Positions 1 through 11,724 of a stretch of 64,000 bases of DNA are shown here, piece after piece. Origin of the DNA: Bacillus subtilis subsp. subtilis str. 168 (GTDB lineage Bacteria > Bacillota > Bacilli > Bacillales > Bacillaceae); NCBI RefSeq assembly GCF_000009045.1, contig NC_000964.3, positions 3,038,001 to 3,102,000 on the forward strand, read 5' to 3'. The position numbers and the translations under genes are program-made. The notes below the pieces were generated by a model, which worked only from the letters and a program-made list of their open reading frames with translations, searched no databases and was not told the DNA's origin. Each line of letters starts with the position of its first letter. Position 1 is the first letter of the stretch.

Positions 1-155
1 CGGATCAGGTCCGTTCTTTCACTACTGAAAGCCTGGCCGGCTTTGTTTGCAAAAGCGGTTCATGAGTGTATTCGATATATCCGTCTGTGCTGATTTTCAC
101 CGGCCATCAGCTCTCTGGAACGTAAGGATATTCTACTTGTCTCAATCTTTACCTT
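1..155 (-). ncRNA. T-box riboswitch leader (Tyr specifier), 5' part only; the T-box/terminator and tyrS lie left of the window
   Basis: Minus strand reads GGTAAAGATTGAGACAAGTAGAA...CCAGAGAGCTGATGGCCGGTGAAAATCAGC...ATCGAATACACTCATGAACC. It has the Stem I hallmarks: AGUA/GAA loop-E, AGAGA bulge, GNUG apical loop, GA motif, and specifier UAC (Tyr) at 70-68. Recognised as the B. subtilis tyrS leader. Confidence 0.9.
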
Positions 156-174
156 TTCATATGAAGCTATATCA

Positions 175-204
175 TTTTTAACATAAATAAAATCCTGTGT
201 CAAC
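175..204 (-). promoter_or_regulatory. Putative sigmaA promoter of the tyrS leader
   Basis: Perfect TTGACA at 204-199. The -10 is only weak (TGtTAAAAA, 183-175). Confidence 0.45.
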
Positions 205-212
205 GCCGCCTT

Positions 213-1931
213 TTAATCCTCCATTGTTGACAGATCTCCAGCCGGCAGATTAAGCTCCCATGCCTTCAGCACGCGCCTCATGATCTTTCCGCTTCTGGTT
301 TTCGGAAGCTTATCTTTAAATTCGATCTCACGCGGAGCCGCATGGGCTGCAAGACCCTGCTTTACAAATAGGCGGATCTCTTCTTTCAGTTTATCAGACG
401 GCTCAAATCCTTCCCTGAGTGCAATAAAGGCTTTAATGATTTCTCCACGCACCGGGTCAGGCTTTCCGATAACGCCTGCTTCTGCAATAGCCGGATGTTC
501 GACAAGCTTGCTTTCCACTTCAAATGGGCCGACGCGCTCACCGGAGGTCATGATGACGTCATCAACTCTGCCTTGGAACCAAAAGTATCCCTCTTCATCC
601 ATGTAAGCAGAATCCCCAGACACATACCAGCCGCCCGGCATGAAATACGATTCATACTTTTCAGGGTTATTCCAAATGGTATGCATCATGGAAGGCCAGC
701 CCTTTTTGATGGCGAGATTGCCCATTCGGTACGGCGGTAGCTCGTTGCCTTGATTGTCAACGATCGCTGCCTCCACTCCTGGAATCGGCTTACCCATTGA
801 ACCCGGTTTAATATCCATGCAAGGATAGTTGCAGATGAGCTGACTGCCCGTTTCGGTCATCCACCAGGTATCATGGATTCGTTTGTTAAAAACTTTATGT
901 CCCCATCTGATGACTTCCGGATTTAGCGGCTCACCGACACTGAGCACATGCCGGAGTGAAGTTAGATCATATTTCGCAGCCATTTCATCTCCCGCTCCCA
1001 TCAGCATCCGAAAAGCTGTCGGCGCGCTGTACCAGACATTGACGCCAAGCTGTTCAATCGTTCCATACCAGCTTTCCGGGCTGAAACGTCCGCCGACGAT
1101 GACATTTGTCGCTCCGTTCAGCCACGGTGCAAAAATGCCGTATACCGTACCTGTCACCCAGCCTGGATCAGCCGTGCACCAATAAATGTCTTCTTCCTTT
1201 AAATCAAGGACCCACTTTCCTGTTTGATATTGCTGAATCATCGCTTCATGGACATGCAACACGCCCTTTGGCGTACCAGTGGAACCTGATGTATAGTGAA
1301 GCAGAAAGCCGTCTTTTTTATCCATCCATTCGATATCCAATCTTGTGCTTTCCTGTTTCGCTGCTTCATCATAATTGATGATATTCGTGCCGCTCTCAGC
1401 CTCTCCCCCGACTACGAAGACATGCTGCAAGTGAGGCAGTTTGTCTACCGGTATTCTCTCCAGCAGCTCAGGCGTTGTGACAACAACCTTTGCCTCACTG
1501 TTTTCAAGCCGGTCTTTCACCGCTCCCTCCATAAATGCTTCGAACAGCGGCCCGGCGATGGCGCCAATTTTGATTGCGCCAAGCATAATAAAATAAAGCT
1601 CGGGTGATCTCGGCATAAAAATAAAAACGCGGTCCCCTTTTTCCACATTTCCATACCGTCTCAGCACATTCCCGGCTCTGTTTGATTCTTCCTTCATTTC
1701 TTTAAATGTGTATTTTTCATCCCTTTTTGCGTCTTTATAATAAAGCGCTACTTTGTTTTTTCGAAACGATTCGGCATGGCGGTCAATCGCTTCATACGCC
1801 GCATTCAGTTTCCCTGTCTCATGCCAAGAGAAATGTTTCTCTGCCTCGGCCCAATCAAAATGCCGGTACGTTTCTTCATAGTTTTTTAAGTTATGATCCC
1901 CCTCTATTGCTGGTAACGCTTTCAAGTTCAT
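213..1931 (-). CDS. acsA: Acetyl-CoA synthetase, 572 aa
   Basis: AMP-binding motif YTSGSTGTPKG and acetylation-site motif LPKTRSGK (K549). Start MNLKAL follows an AAAGGGG RBS; the ORF track extends it upstream. Confidence 0.97.
   Translation of the reverse strand: MNLKALPAIEGDHNLKNYEETYRHFDWAEAEKHFSWHETGKLNAAYEAIDRHAESFRKNKVALYYKDAKRDEKYTFKEMKEESNRAGNVLRRYGNVEKGDRVFIFMPRSPELYFIMLGAIKIGAIAGPLFEAFMEGAVKDRLENSEAKVVVTTPELLERIPVDKLPHLQHVFVVGGEAESGTNIINYDEAAKQESTRLDIEWMDKKDGFLLHYTSGSTGTPKGVLHVHEAMIQQYQTGKWVLDLKEEDIYWCTADPGWVTGTVYGIFAPWLNGATNVIVGGRFSPESWYGTIEQLGVNVWYSAPTAFRMLMGAGDEMAAKYDLTSLRHVLSVGEPLNPEVIRWGHKVFNKRIHDTWWMTETGSQLICNYPCMDIKPGSMGKPIPGVEAAIVDNQGNELPPYRMGNLAIKKGWPSMMHTIWNNPEKYESYFMPGGWYVSGDSAYMDEEGYFWFQGRVDDVIMTSGERVGPFEVESKLVEHPAIAEAGVIGKPDPVRGEIIKAFIALREGFEPSDKLKEEIRLFVKQGLAAHAAPREIEFKDKLPKTRSGKIMRRVLKAWELNLPAGDLSTMED
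1911..1924 (-). promoter_or_regulatory. cre site (CcpA) inside the acsA 5' coding region
   Basis: TGAAAGCGTTACCA on the minus strand matches WTGNNARCGNWWWCAW. Confidence 0.9.
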
Positions 1932-2017
1932 GCCCAAACATCCCCCTTTGCTGAAGTTGTCACAATTATTATAGTATATATTCATATTCTTCTCAATTTT
2001 TAAAATATAAACCATGT

Positions 2018-2031
2018 TGAAAACGCTTTAT
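2018..2031 (+). promoter_or_regulatory. cre site (CcpA) upstream of acuABC
   Basis: TGAAAACGCTTTAT. Confidence 0.8.
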
Positions 2032-2091
2032 AATTTGGTATTCTTAAAGAAGGCATGTATTTTTGATAAGAATTGATGGGACGGTGAATTA

Positions 2092-4554
<2,463 letters not shown>

Positions 4555-4555
<1 letters not shown>

Positions 4556-4584
4556 AAAACGACCTTTACGAAGAGGTCGTTTTT
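4555..4584. terminator. Bidirectional intrinsic terminator acuC/motS
   Basis: AAAAACGACCT-8nt-AGGTCGTTTTT, perfect 11-bp arms. Confidence 0.85.
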
Positions 4585-5294
4585 GATTTTTTAATCACTA
4601 TTTCCACACGCCGATTTTCCTTCATGTGTTCATTTGTCTTGTTATCCTTTACTGGCTTTGTATCCGCATAACCGACAGCAATAAAGCGCTTGGAGGGAAG
4701 CTTCTCTTTAGACGTGAAGTATTGAATCACTCCACTTGCCCGTGCTGCTGATAGCTCCCAGTTCGACGGGTATCGGTATGTCGAAATGTTTCGGCTGTCT
4801 GTATGTCCCTCAACCTGAATGTCATTTGGAATTGTTTGAAGAAGAACGGCAATTTGGTGAAGAAGTGTTTCGGCATTTTTCAGCACCTTTGCCTCACCTG
4901 TATCAAACAGCACAGCCTCCTGAAGAACGAGCACGACACCGCGTTCATCCCGTTTGGCTGTCATTTGGGCCTTCAAATGATTGTCTTTTATATATGTATT
5001 TACTTTCTTGAGAAGCTGATCCTGCTGATCCTCTTGCTTCTTCGTATCAGATGGGGATGTATTCTTTTTTTCTATGGATGTTTGGTCCGGCTGAAGCCCG
5101 TTGCCTTCCTTCTGGATCGAGTCCACTGCCGCTTTGAATTTTTGCAGATCGATTTGGGACATCGAAAAGAGTAAAATAAAGAACACAAGGATCAAGGTGA
5201 TCAGATCTGTAAAGGTTACCATCCAGCTGGATGAAGATTGACTGTTTTTTCCGCTTCCATTCCTTCTTTCAAAACGTTCTCTTCTAAGCTTCAT
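4566..5294 (-). CDS. motS: Na+-coupled flagellar stator subunit, MotB-type
   Basis: WMVTFTDLITL transmembrane motif with conserved Asp; OmpA-like domain (EGHTDS, NWELSAARA). Confidence 0.95.
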   Translation of the reverse strand: MKLRRERFERRNGSGKNSQSSSSWMVTFTDLITLILVFFILLFSMSQIDLQKFKAAVDSIQKEGNGLQPDQTSIEKKNTSPSDTKKQEDQQDQLLKKVNTYIKDNHLKAQMTAKRDERGVVLVLQEAVLFDTGEAKVLKNAETLLHQIAVLLQTIPNDIQVEGHTDSRNISTYRYPSNWELSAARASGVIQYFTSKEKLPSKRFIAVGYADTKPVKDNKTNEHMKENRRVEIVIKKSKTTSS

Positions 5295-6102
5295 GTACAG
5301 ATCCCTTTTTTGTTTTTACTTGTTTTGGCTGCTTCTGCCATTCTTCCCGTGAGCTGAAAACGACCAGCTGGCTTTCAAGGTTGCGCGGGTTTTTTCCGGA
5401 TTGAACACCGATAATCCCTTCCACCATTACCTGCTTGATGAAAATTTCACTTTCTGTTTTCTCTTCAAGCTTAGCCGCGATCGGGTTGAAGACCATATTT
5501 GCCAGTAATGAACCATATAAAGTCGTCAGAAGCGCAATGGCCATGTTTGGTCCGAGCATATGCGGGTCGTTTAAGTTTTTGAGCATCAGCACAAGCCCGA
5601 CGAGTGTTCCGATCATTCCCCATGCCGGAGCGAATTCTCCCGCTTTTTCAAAAACTCGCCGCCCTTTTCGGTGCCGTTCCTCCATTGCTGCGATTTCTGA
5701 ATCCATGACGAGCCGAATCGTTTCTTCATCCCAGCCGTCAATCGCTAAAAGCAGCCCTTTTTTCAAGAATGGATCTTTGATTTCCCGAGCCTGATCATCC
5801 AATGATAAAAGCCCGTGTTTTCGCGCGTGATCGGAAAGGGAAACAAAGGTTTTCACAAGATCTTTCACATTGTCTTCCTGGCGGATGAATGCCTGCTTTA
5901 ACACAGAGGGCGCTTTTTTCAGCTCACTTGGCGGAAAACTGATAAAAACAGCGGCGCAAAGTCCCCCTGTTACGATGAAGAAAGAGGTCAGATCAAGAAA
6001 AGAGCGGAAACCGCTTACTCCCGATCCTGAAATAATCCCGATAACAATAATAATCGTTCCTAACACAAATCCAACAGGTGTAAGATAATCAAAACGTTTC
6101 AT
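5284..6102 (-). CDS. motP: Na+-coupled flagellar stator subunit, MotA-type
   Basis: MotA motifs (APAWGMIGTLVGL, ALLTTLYG). Start at the second ATG, based on GGGGAG RBS spacing. Confidence 0.95.
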   Translation of the reverse strand: MKRFDYLTPVGFVLGTIIIVIGIISGSGVSGFRSFLDLTSFFIVTGGLCAAVFISFPPSELKKAPSVLKQAFIRQEDNVKDLVKTFVSLSDHARKHGLLSLDDQAREIKDPFLKKGLLLAIDGWDEETIRLVMDSEIAAMEERHRKGRRVFEKAGEFAPAWGMIGTLVGLVLMLKNLNDPHMLGPNMAIALLTTLYGSLLANMVFNPIAAKLEEKTESEIFIKQVMVEGIIGVQSGKNPRNLESQLVVFSSREEWQKQPKQVKTKKGSVHEA

Positions 6103-6116
6103 CATTTCTCCCCATG

Positions 6117-6153
6117 AAAAAAGCAAGAATTCACCATAAAGGTGAAGCTTGCT
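6117..6153 (-). terminator. Stem-loop/terminator between ccpA and motP
   Basis: AGCAAG-c-TTCACC-tttat-GGTGAA-tt-CTTGCT followed by a T-tract. Confidence 0.85.
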
Positions 6154-6164
6154 CTTTGTTTTTC

Positions 6165-7169
6165 TTATGACTTGGTTGACTTTCTAAGCTCTATACGGTG
6201 CGGCAGTTCGACGATATGCTCTTCAACCGGCTCTTTATTCATGAGCTTCGTCAGCAGTCTCATCGCAACGGCGCCGATATCATATGTCGGCTGAACAACT
6301 GTTGAAAGCTGAGGACGAACCATGAGGCTTAATCTTGTATTATCAAAACCGATAATGTCGAGATCCTCCGGAATGGATAAGCCCTGATCCTGAGCGGCAT
6401 GGATAATGCCGAGTGCCATTTCATCAGTTGCAGAAAGAATGGCTGTCGGTTTTTTATCCAGGCTCATCAGATGCTGCAGTGCTTCGAGTCCGGAATCATA
6501 TGTGTAATCCCCTTCAGCTACAAATTGTTCATTAAACGGAAGGTTCGCTTCTTCAAGCGCACGTTTGTAGCCTTGGAGTTTTTTCGAACGGTTGATCGGT
6601 TCTGCCATTGGTCCGGAAACGAACGCGATGTCTGTATGTCCTTTATCAACCAAAAGCTTCACGGCATCATAAATCGCCTGTTCGTAATCGATAGCGACTG
6701 ACGGTGTTTCCTCCTGCTCTTCTACAGAAGCGGCAAGTACAATCGGCACTGGAGAACGCTTAAATTCCGCCACATGCTCGTCCGTAATGTTTCCGCCCAT
6801 AAACACGATGCCGTCCACTTGTTTGCCGAGCATTGTGTTTAACAAGTGCAGCTCTTTCTCCATGTTTTGGTCAGAGTTGCTCAAAATAATATTGTATTTA
6901 TACATTGTCGCGATATCTTCAATTCCGCGCGCAAGCTCTGAATAGAAAATGCTTGAGATATCGGGAATGATGACACCTACAGTTGTTGTTTTTTTACTTG
7001 CCAGCCCTCTTGCCACCGCGTTTGGACGGTAACCGAGACGTTCAATGGCTTCCAAGACTTTTTTCCTCGTTGTCGGTTTTACATTCGGGTTGCCGTTCAC
7101 GACACGGGAAACGGTTGCCATGCTTACATTAGCTTCTCTCGCTACATCGTAGATCGTAATATTGCTCAT
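6165..7169 (-). CDS. ccpA: Catabolite control protein A (LacI family)
   Basis: [26 protein letters not shown]; recognised sequence. Confidence 0.99.
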
Positions 7170-7406
7170 CCTAAAACCACTCCTTTTACTGGATACACTT
7201 ATCCTTATCTATAGCATAAACACTTTATGTAGAGAAATGTCATAATGTCCGAATTTATGTCGTTTATGATTTGTAAGCGTAAGTCAGTAGTGTACATTAT
7301 TTTTCATTATTCATCAAATTTAATTACTTCTCATGAAATTATACACGTTTTTATAGATGATGAAAACGTATACTTGGTTTTTATAACTAAATAAACGAGA
7401 AAGCAT

Positions 7407-7433
7407 AAAAAAAGGCCGCAGGCGCGGCCTTTT
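7407..7433 (-). terminator. aroA terminator
   Basis: AAAAGGCCGC-4nt-GCGGCCTTTT with a T-tract on the minus strand. Confidence 0.9.
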
Positions 7434-7444
7434 GGATTGTTCAA

Positions 7445-8521
7445 TTAAGCGTTGACTTTCACCATTGGCTTCAGTTCATTCAGCCATTTTTCGAATTCAG
7501 GAATCGCCATTTGCTGAGCAGAGTCAGAAAGTGCGACTGACGGATCAGGGTGAACCTCAGCCATTACGCCATCAGCACCGATCGCTAAAGCGGCTTTAGC
7601 TGTCGGAAGCAAGAGGTCACGGCGGCCTGTTGAATGCGTAACATCAACAAAGACTGGCAAATGCGTTTCTTGTTTCAAAATCGGCACAGCTGAAATATCC
7701 AGCGTGTTTCTCGTTGCTGTTTCATATGTTCTGATTCCGCGCTCACAAAGGATAATTTGGTCATTTCCTTGTGACATGATGTATTCAGCAGCATTGATGA
7801 ATTCAGAGATCGTTGCAGCAAGACCGCGCTTCAGAAGCACTGGCTTTTTCACGGCGCCGGCCGCTTTCAGCAATTCGAAGTTTTGCATGTTGCGCGCTCC
7901 GATTTGAATGACATCAATGTAGTCCAGCGCTTCTTCGATATGAGCCGGAGTTACGATTTCACTGATAACCGCCAGATCAAATTCATCCGCTACACGTTTT
8001 AAAATTTGAAGGCCTTCAACACCAAGCCCTTGGAAATCGTATGGGCTCGTACGAGGCTTAAAGGCTCCACCGCGCAAAATTTTAATCCCTTGTTTTTTCG
8101 CAGCTGCAGCGACTTCAGCTACCTGCTCATAGCTCTCTACCGCACATGGGCCGACAATGAATCTTTGCTGGCCGTCTCCGATTTTTTCGCCTTTGATATC
8201 AACAATTGTATCTTCAGGTTTTTTCTTGCGGGAGACAAGCAGCGCTTTGCTGTGATCTTCTTCCTGAAGCTCTAAACCGGCTTTGAATATCTCTTTAAAA
8301 ATGTGCTGGATGGTTGAATTTTCGAACGGCCCGTCATTGTTTTCAATGATATTGTTTAACATTGTGCGTTCTCTGACAGGGTCAAATCGGTTGACACCCT
8401 GTGCTTCCTTCGCTTTACCGATCTCTTTTACAACATTGCCGCGTTCGTTGATTAATTTTAAAATTTGTAGGTTTAATTCGTCTGCTTTCTGCCTTAAAAG
8501 CTCTAACTCTGTGTTGCTCAT
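7445..8521 (-). CDS. aroA: Bifunctional chorismate mutase / DAHP synthase, 358 aa
   Basis: N-terminal AroQ-type CM domain followed by class I-beta DAHPS ([11 protein letters not shown]). Also called aroX. Confidence 0.97.
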
Positions 8522-8720
8522 TTTTTTCATCCTTTCCCTGCACATTCATTTTTTATTTTGTAGTTATCATGCATCTTACTATAAGTAATTCCAAATGGAA
8601 ATACTGAAATACAAAAAATTTTATAAAAACTCTACTTTATTACCCAAACGCTTTTAAGTGATAAAGTAATCTATGAAGCTATCCTACATGATGTGAGGGC
8701 AATGTTCAAGGGTTTTTTAC

Positions 8721-8756
8721 AAAAAAAAGCGCCAGATGATATCTGGACGCTTTTTT
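8721..8756 (-). terminator. ytxGHJ terminator
   Basis: AAAAAAGCG-CCAGAT-gat-ATCTGG-a-CGCTTTTTT. Confidence 0.8.
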
Positions 8757-9083
8757 CTATGACAAATGCTGCTCAATAGCGGCTTCTGTAATTTGTGAAT
8801 GTGAGGTATGCCATTTCACTTCACCGTTCTGGATGATGAATATCTGAGGGCTTTCATGCTTGACCCCATATGTTTCTGCAATGAAATTGGACAGCGGCCG
8901 GGCTTCTTGTACTTGAAGATAGTAAGCCGGCACATCCTCATGCTGATTTGCAAAGGCATCAAACTCATGAAATGCTGCCTGGCTGATCGGGCATGTGGTG
9001 CTGTGTTTCAAGAAGACGAAAACGCCTTCCTGTTCTGCAATCCGTTTAAATTCTTCCTCAGATTGAATAAGCTGTTTAGCCAT
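8757..9083 (-). CDS. ytxJ: Monothiol bacilliredoxin (general stress)
   Basis: KHSTTCPIS and HESPQ motifs; also called brxC. Confidence 0.93.
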   Translation of the reverse strand: MAKQLIQSEEEFKRIAEQEGVFVFLKHSTTCPISQAAFHEFDAFANQHEDVPAYYLQVQEARPLSNFIAETYGVKHESPQIFIIQNGEVKWHTSHSQITEAAIEQHLS

Positions 9084-9106
9084 GACTCAAGCTCTTCCTT
9101 CCCTGC

Positions 9107-9562
9107 TCAGCGATTCAACTGCTCAGCCTGTTTTTGTGCATCTTTCAGTTCGTCTTTTACATCTTCTTTCGTCTGGAGGACTTGATCTTTTGTTTCATCA
9201 GCTGCCTGCATCGCTTCTTCCCTCATATCTTGCATTGCAGTCGATGAATCCGTTTTGTCAGATTTGGAACGGTCTCTCAAATCCTTTACCTTGTTCATGA
9301 TCTGTCCAGACTGATCCGCTACAAGCTGTGTGATGTTGGAAGTTTTGTCTTTTGCGATGCTGACATATTGCGTGCCTTTTTCCTTCGCATCTGCCGTCAT
9401 TTTATCAGTTTTGTCCCGTAAGGCAACAGCCTGGCTGCCGAGATCGTCGCGAAGTTCTTTGCCTGATTTAGGCGCTAGAAAAAGAGCTGTAGTGGCACCG
9501 ATGATTCCCCCGATTAAAGTTCCGATTAAAAAATCTTTACTATTAATTCCATCTTTGCTCAT
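9107..9562 (-). CDS. ytxH: YtxH-domain general stress protein
   Basis: FLIGTLIGGIIGATTALFLAPKSGKELR followed by a helical hydrophilic tail. Confidence 0.93.
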   Translation of the reverse strand: MSKDGINSKDFLIGTLIGGIIGATTALFLAPKSGKELRDDLGSQAVALRDKTDKMTADAKEKGTQYVSIAKDKTSNITQLVADQSGQIMNKVKDLRDRSKSDKTDSSTAMQDMREEAMQAADETKDQVLQTKEDVKDELKDAQKQAEQLNR

Positions 9563-9592
9563 CATTATTCCTCCTCTTAGTATTTTTTTCTC

Positions 9593-10015
9593 TTACAGGG
9601 CTGATTTTTTCTTTTGCTTCCATTTCTCCCAAATTTCCATTGCTGCTTGACTCCAAGTGACAACTTGATTGATCTTATCTTGATTCTCTCTAACTGATGC
9701 CGATACAGACCCTGCCGCTTGTTTCATGGATGTATTGAACTGCTGTACAGAAGCTCCCACTCCTTGAACAGCATGAACGACCGTGTTCAGCTTTTCTGAT
9801 TTTTCCTGAATATCTTCAGCCAGGCGGTTGGTCTTATGTAAAAGCTCGGCTGTTTCAGTTGTGATGCCCTTCATTTGTCCCTCCAGCCCTTCAAGAGTGG
9901 ATGCGACGTTTTTTAGTGTCAGCTGCAGTGACTTCAATGTTTTAGACAAGTAGATCACTAATACGAGAAATGCAACTGCGATGAGTGCAACGCTCAAATA
10001 AAGAATAATAATCAT
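9593..10015 (-). CDS. ytxG: DUF948 membrane-anchored coiled-coil protein (FacZ-like)
   Basis: N-terminal TM helix plus coiled coil; first gene of the sigmaB/sigmaH operon. Confidence 0.9.
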
Positions 10016-10048
10016 CTCAAACCTCCTTGCTGCAGGATATACTGCTGT

Positions 10049-10073
10049 TTACCCGTTTTCTTCAATCATAAAC
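10049..10073 (-). promoter_or_regulatory. sigmaB promoter of ytxG
   Basis: GTTTAT-N13-GGGTAA. Confidence 0.9.
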
Positions 10074-10098
10074 ATGTGTACTGGGCTGTATACATACT

Positions 10099-10123
10099 AT
10101 TCTCCGTTATGTAAGAAAATCCT
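10099..10123 (-). promoter_or_regulatory. sigmaH promoter of ytxG
   Basis: AGGATT-N15-GAAT. Confidence 0.8.
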
Positions 10124-10149
10124 TTAATAAGCTTTCCCATCAGATAAAT

Positions 10150-10175
10150 AAAAAGCAGTGAGATCACTGCTTTTT
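10150..10175 (-). terminator. murC terminator
   Basis: AAAAAGCAGTG-agat-CACTGCTTTTT. Confidence 0.9.
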
Positions 10176-10176
10176 A

Positions 10177-11475
10177 TTATGCCATGACGTTTTCGTAGGC
10201 TCTCATATATTTTTGGATATCTCCTGCTCCCATGAAGATGAGAACGGCTTTATCATGAGCTTTTAAAACAGATGTGTCATCTTCTTCAATCAGCTTGGCA
10301 TTATGAATTTTTCCCTGGAGATCACCGATCGTCAGCTTTCCGGCATTCTCACGGGCTGAGCCGAAAATATCGCATAAATACACACAGTCGGCGCCGCTCA
10401 GGCTTTCTGCAAATTCGTCAAGGAACTGCTGCGTCCGGGTAAATGTATGAGGCTGGAATACCGCGACAATTTCCCGATCAGGATACTTCTGTCTTGCCGC
10501 CTCGATTGTCACTTTTATTTCTGTCGGATGATGGGCATAGTCATCAATCAGCACTTGATCCCCAAGCTGCTTCTCATTGAATCTGCGTTTGACGCCCCCA
10601 AAGGATTTGAGAGCATGCTTAATGATGCTGGAATCAATTTCTTCATAATGGCATAACGCAATGACCGCCAATGAGTTTAATACATTGTGGTGGCCGTACG
10701 CAGGAATATAAAACGTATCATAGAACGTATTGCGGACAAAGACATCAAAAGTTGTCCCTTCCGTGCTTTTTACGATGTTTCTGGCTTGAAAATCATTTTC
10801 TTCCCCCGTGCCATAATACACAACCGGGACGTTCGCATGGATTTTCGGCAGATGCTCATCGTCTCCGCAGGCAATAATGCCTTTGTTGACTTGAAGAGCC
10901 ATCTCTTGGAAAGCGTCAAATACATCGTCAATGCTTGAGAAGTAATCAGGGTGATCAAAATCAATATTCGTCATAATCGCATAATCTGGCTGATAGCTTA
11001 AGAAATGGCGGCGGTATTCGCACGCTTCAAACACAAAGTATTCGCTGTTTTCATTTCCCTGGCCTGTTCCGTCTCCGATTAAGAAAGACGTCGGTTTTGC
11101 GTTTTGGATCACGTGAGCCAGCAGACCCGTAGTCGACGTTTTGCCGTGTGCGCCCGTAACGGCAACACTCGTGAATTTTTTCATGTAGTCGCCTAAAAAC
11201 TTATGATAACGTATCACCGGAATTCCCTCAGACATCGCTTTTTCTATTTCAGGATGCGTGTCTGGGAATGCGTTTCCGGCGATGACTGTCATGCCGGGTT
11301 TAATATTTTCCGCGCTAAAAGGAAGAATCGTAATATTTCTTTTTTCAAGCGCTGTTTGCGTAAAAATAAATTTTTCGATATCCGATCCTTGGACAGTATA
11401 TCCATTATCATGAAGTATTTGGGCAAGCGGACTCATACCGGTCCCTTTTATTCCAACAAAATGATAAACAGTCAT
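10177..11475 (-). CDS. murC: UDP-N-acetylmuramate--L-alanine ligase
   Basis: [17 protein letters not shown] and DDYAHHPTE motifs. Confidence 0.98.
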
Positions 11476-11690
11476 AATTGTACCTCCAACAAACGTCTAT
11501 CTGTTCCCCAGTATATGACGCTCATTTCAATTTGCGACCGCGGCGGCTGAAAAGCCTCCCTTAGCGGCGTATTTTATATGTTTTGTTATGTTTAGTATCA
11601 GGTTATTTCTTTCCGATTAAACCCAGATATCAAGATTTGTCTATGCACAGCTGCTGTAAAGCGGCATAGCTGTTAAATGCTCTAAACACT

Positions 11691-11699
11691 ATCATACCA
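11691..11699 (-). promoter_or_regulatory. Putative extended -10 promoter giving murC a leader of about 210 nt
   Basis: TGgTATGAT just downstream of the sftA stop. Confidence 0.55.
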
Positions 11700-11724
11700 T
11701 GTTTGGTGTGAAAATGAACCCATA

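Noticed and set aside
4-108. Short minus-strand ORFs (15 and 31 codons) in the T-box leader
   Set aside because: The sequence is fully explained by T-box RNA structure; no SD.
1995-2009. CodY-box-like AATTTTTAAAATATA upstream of acsA
   Set aside because: Four mismatches in AT-rich DNA; cannot be supported from sequence alone, although CodY control of acsA is known.
7272-7374. Two cre-like sequences upstream of ccpA (TGTAAGCGTAAGTC, TGAAAACGTATACT)
   Set aside because: Right halves deviate from consensus, and ccpA is generally considered constitutive.
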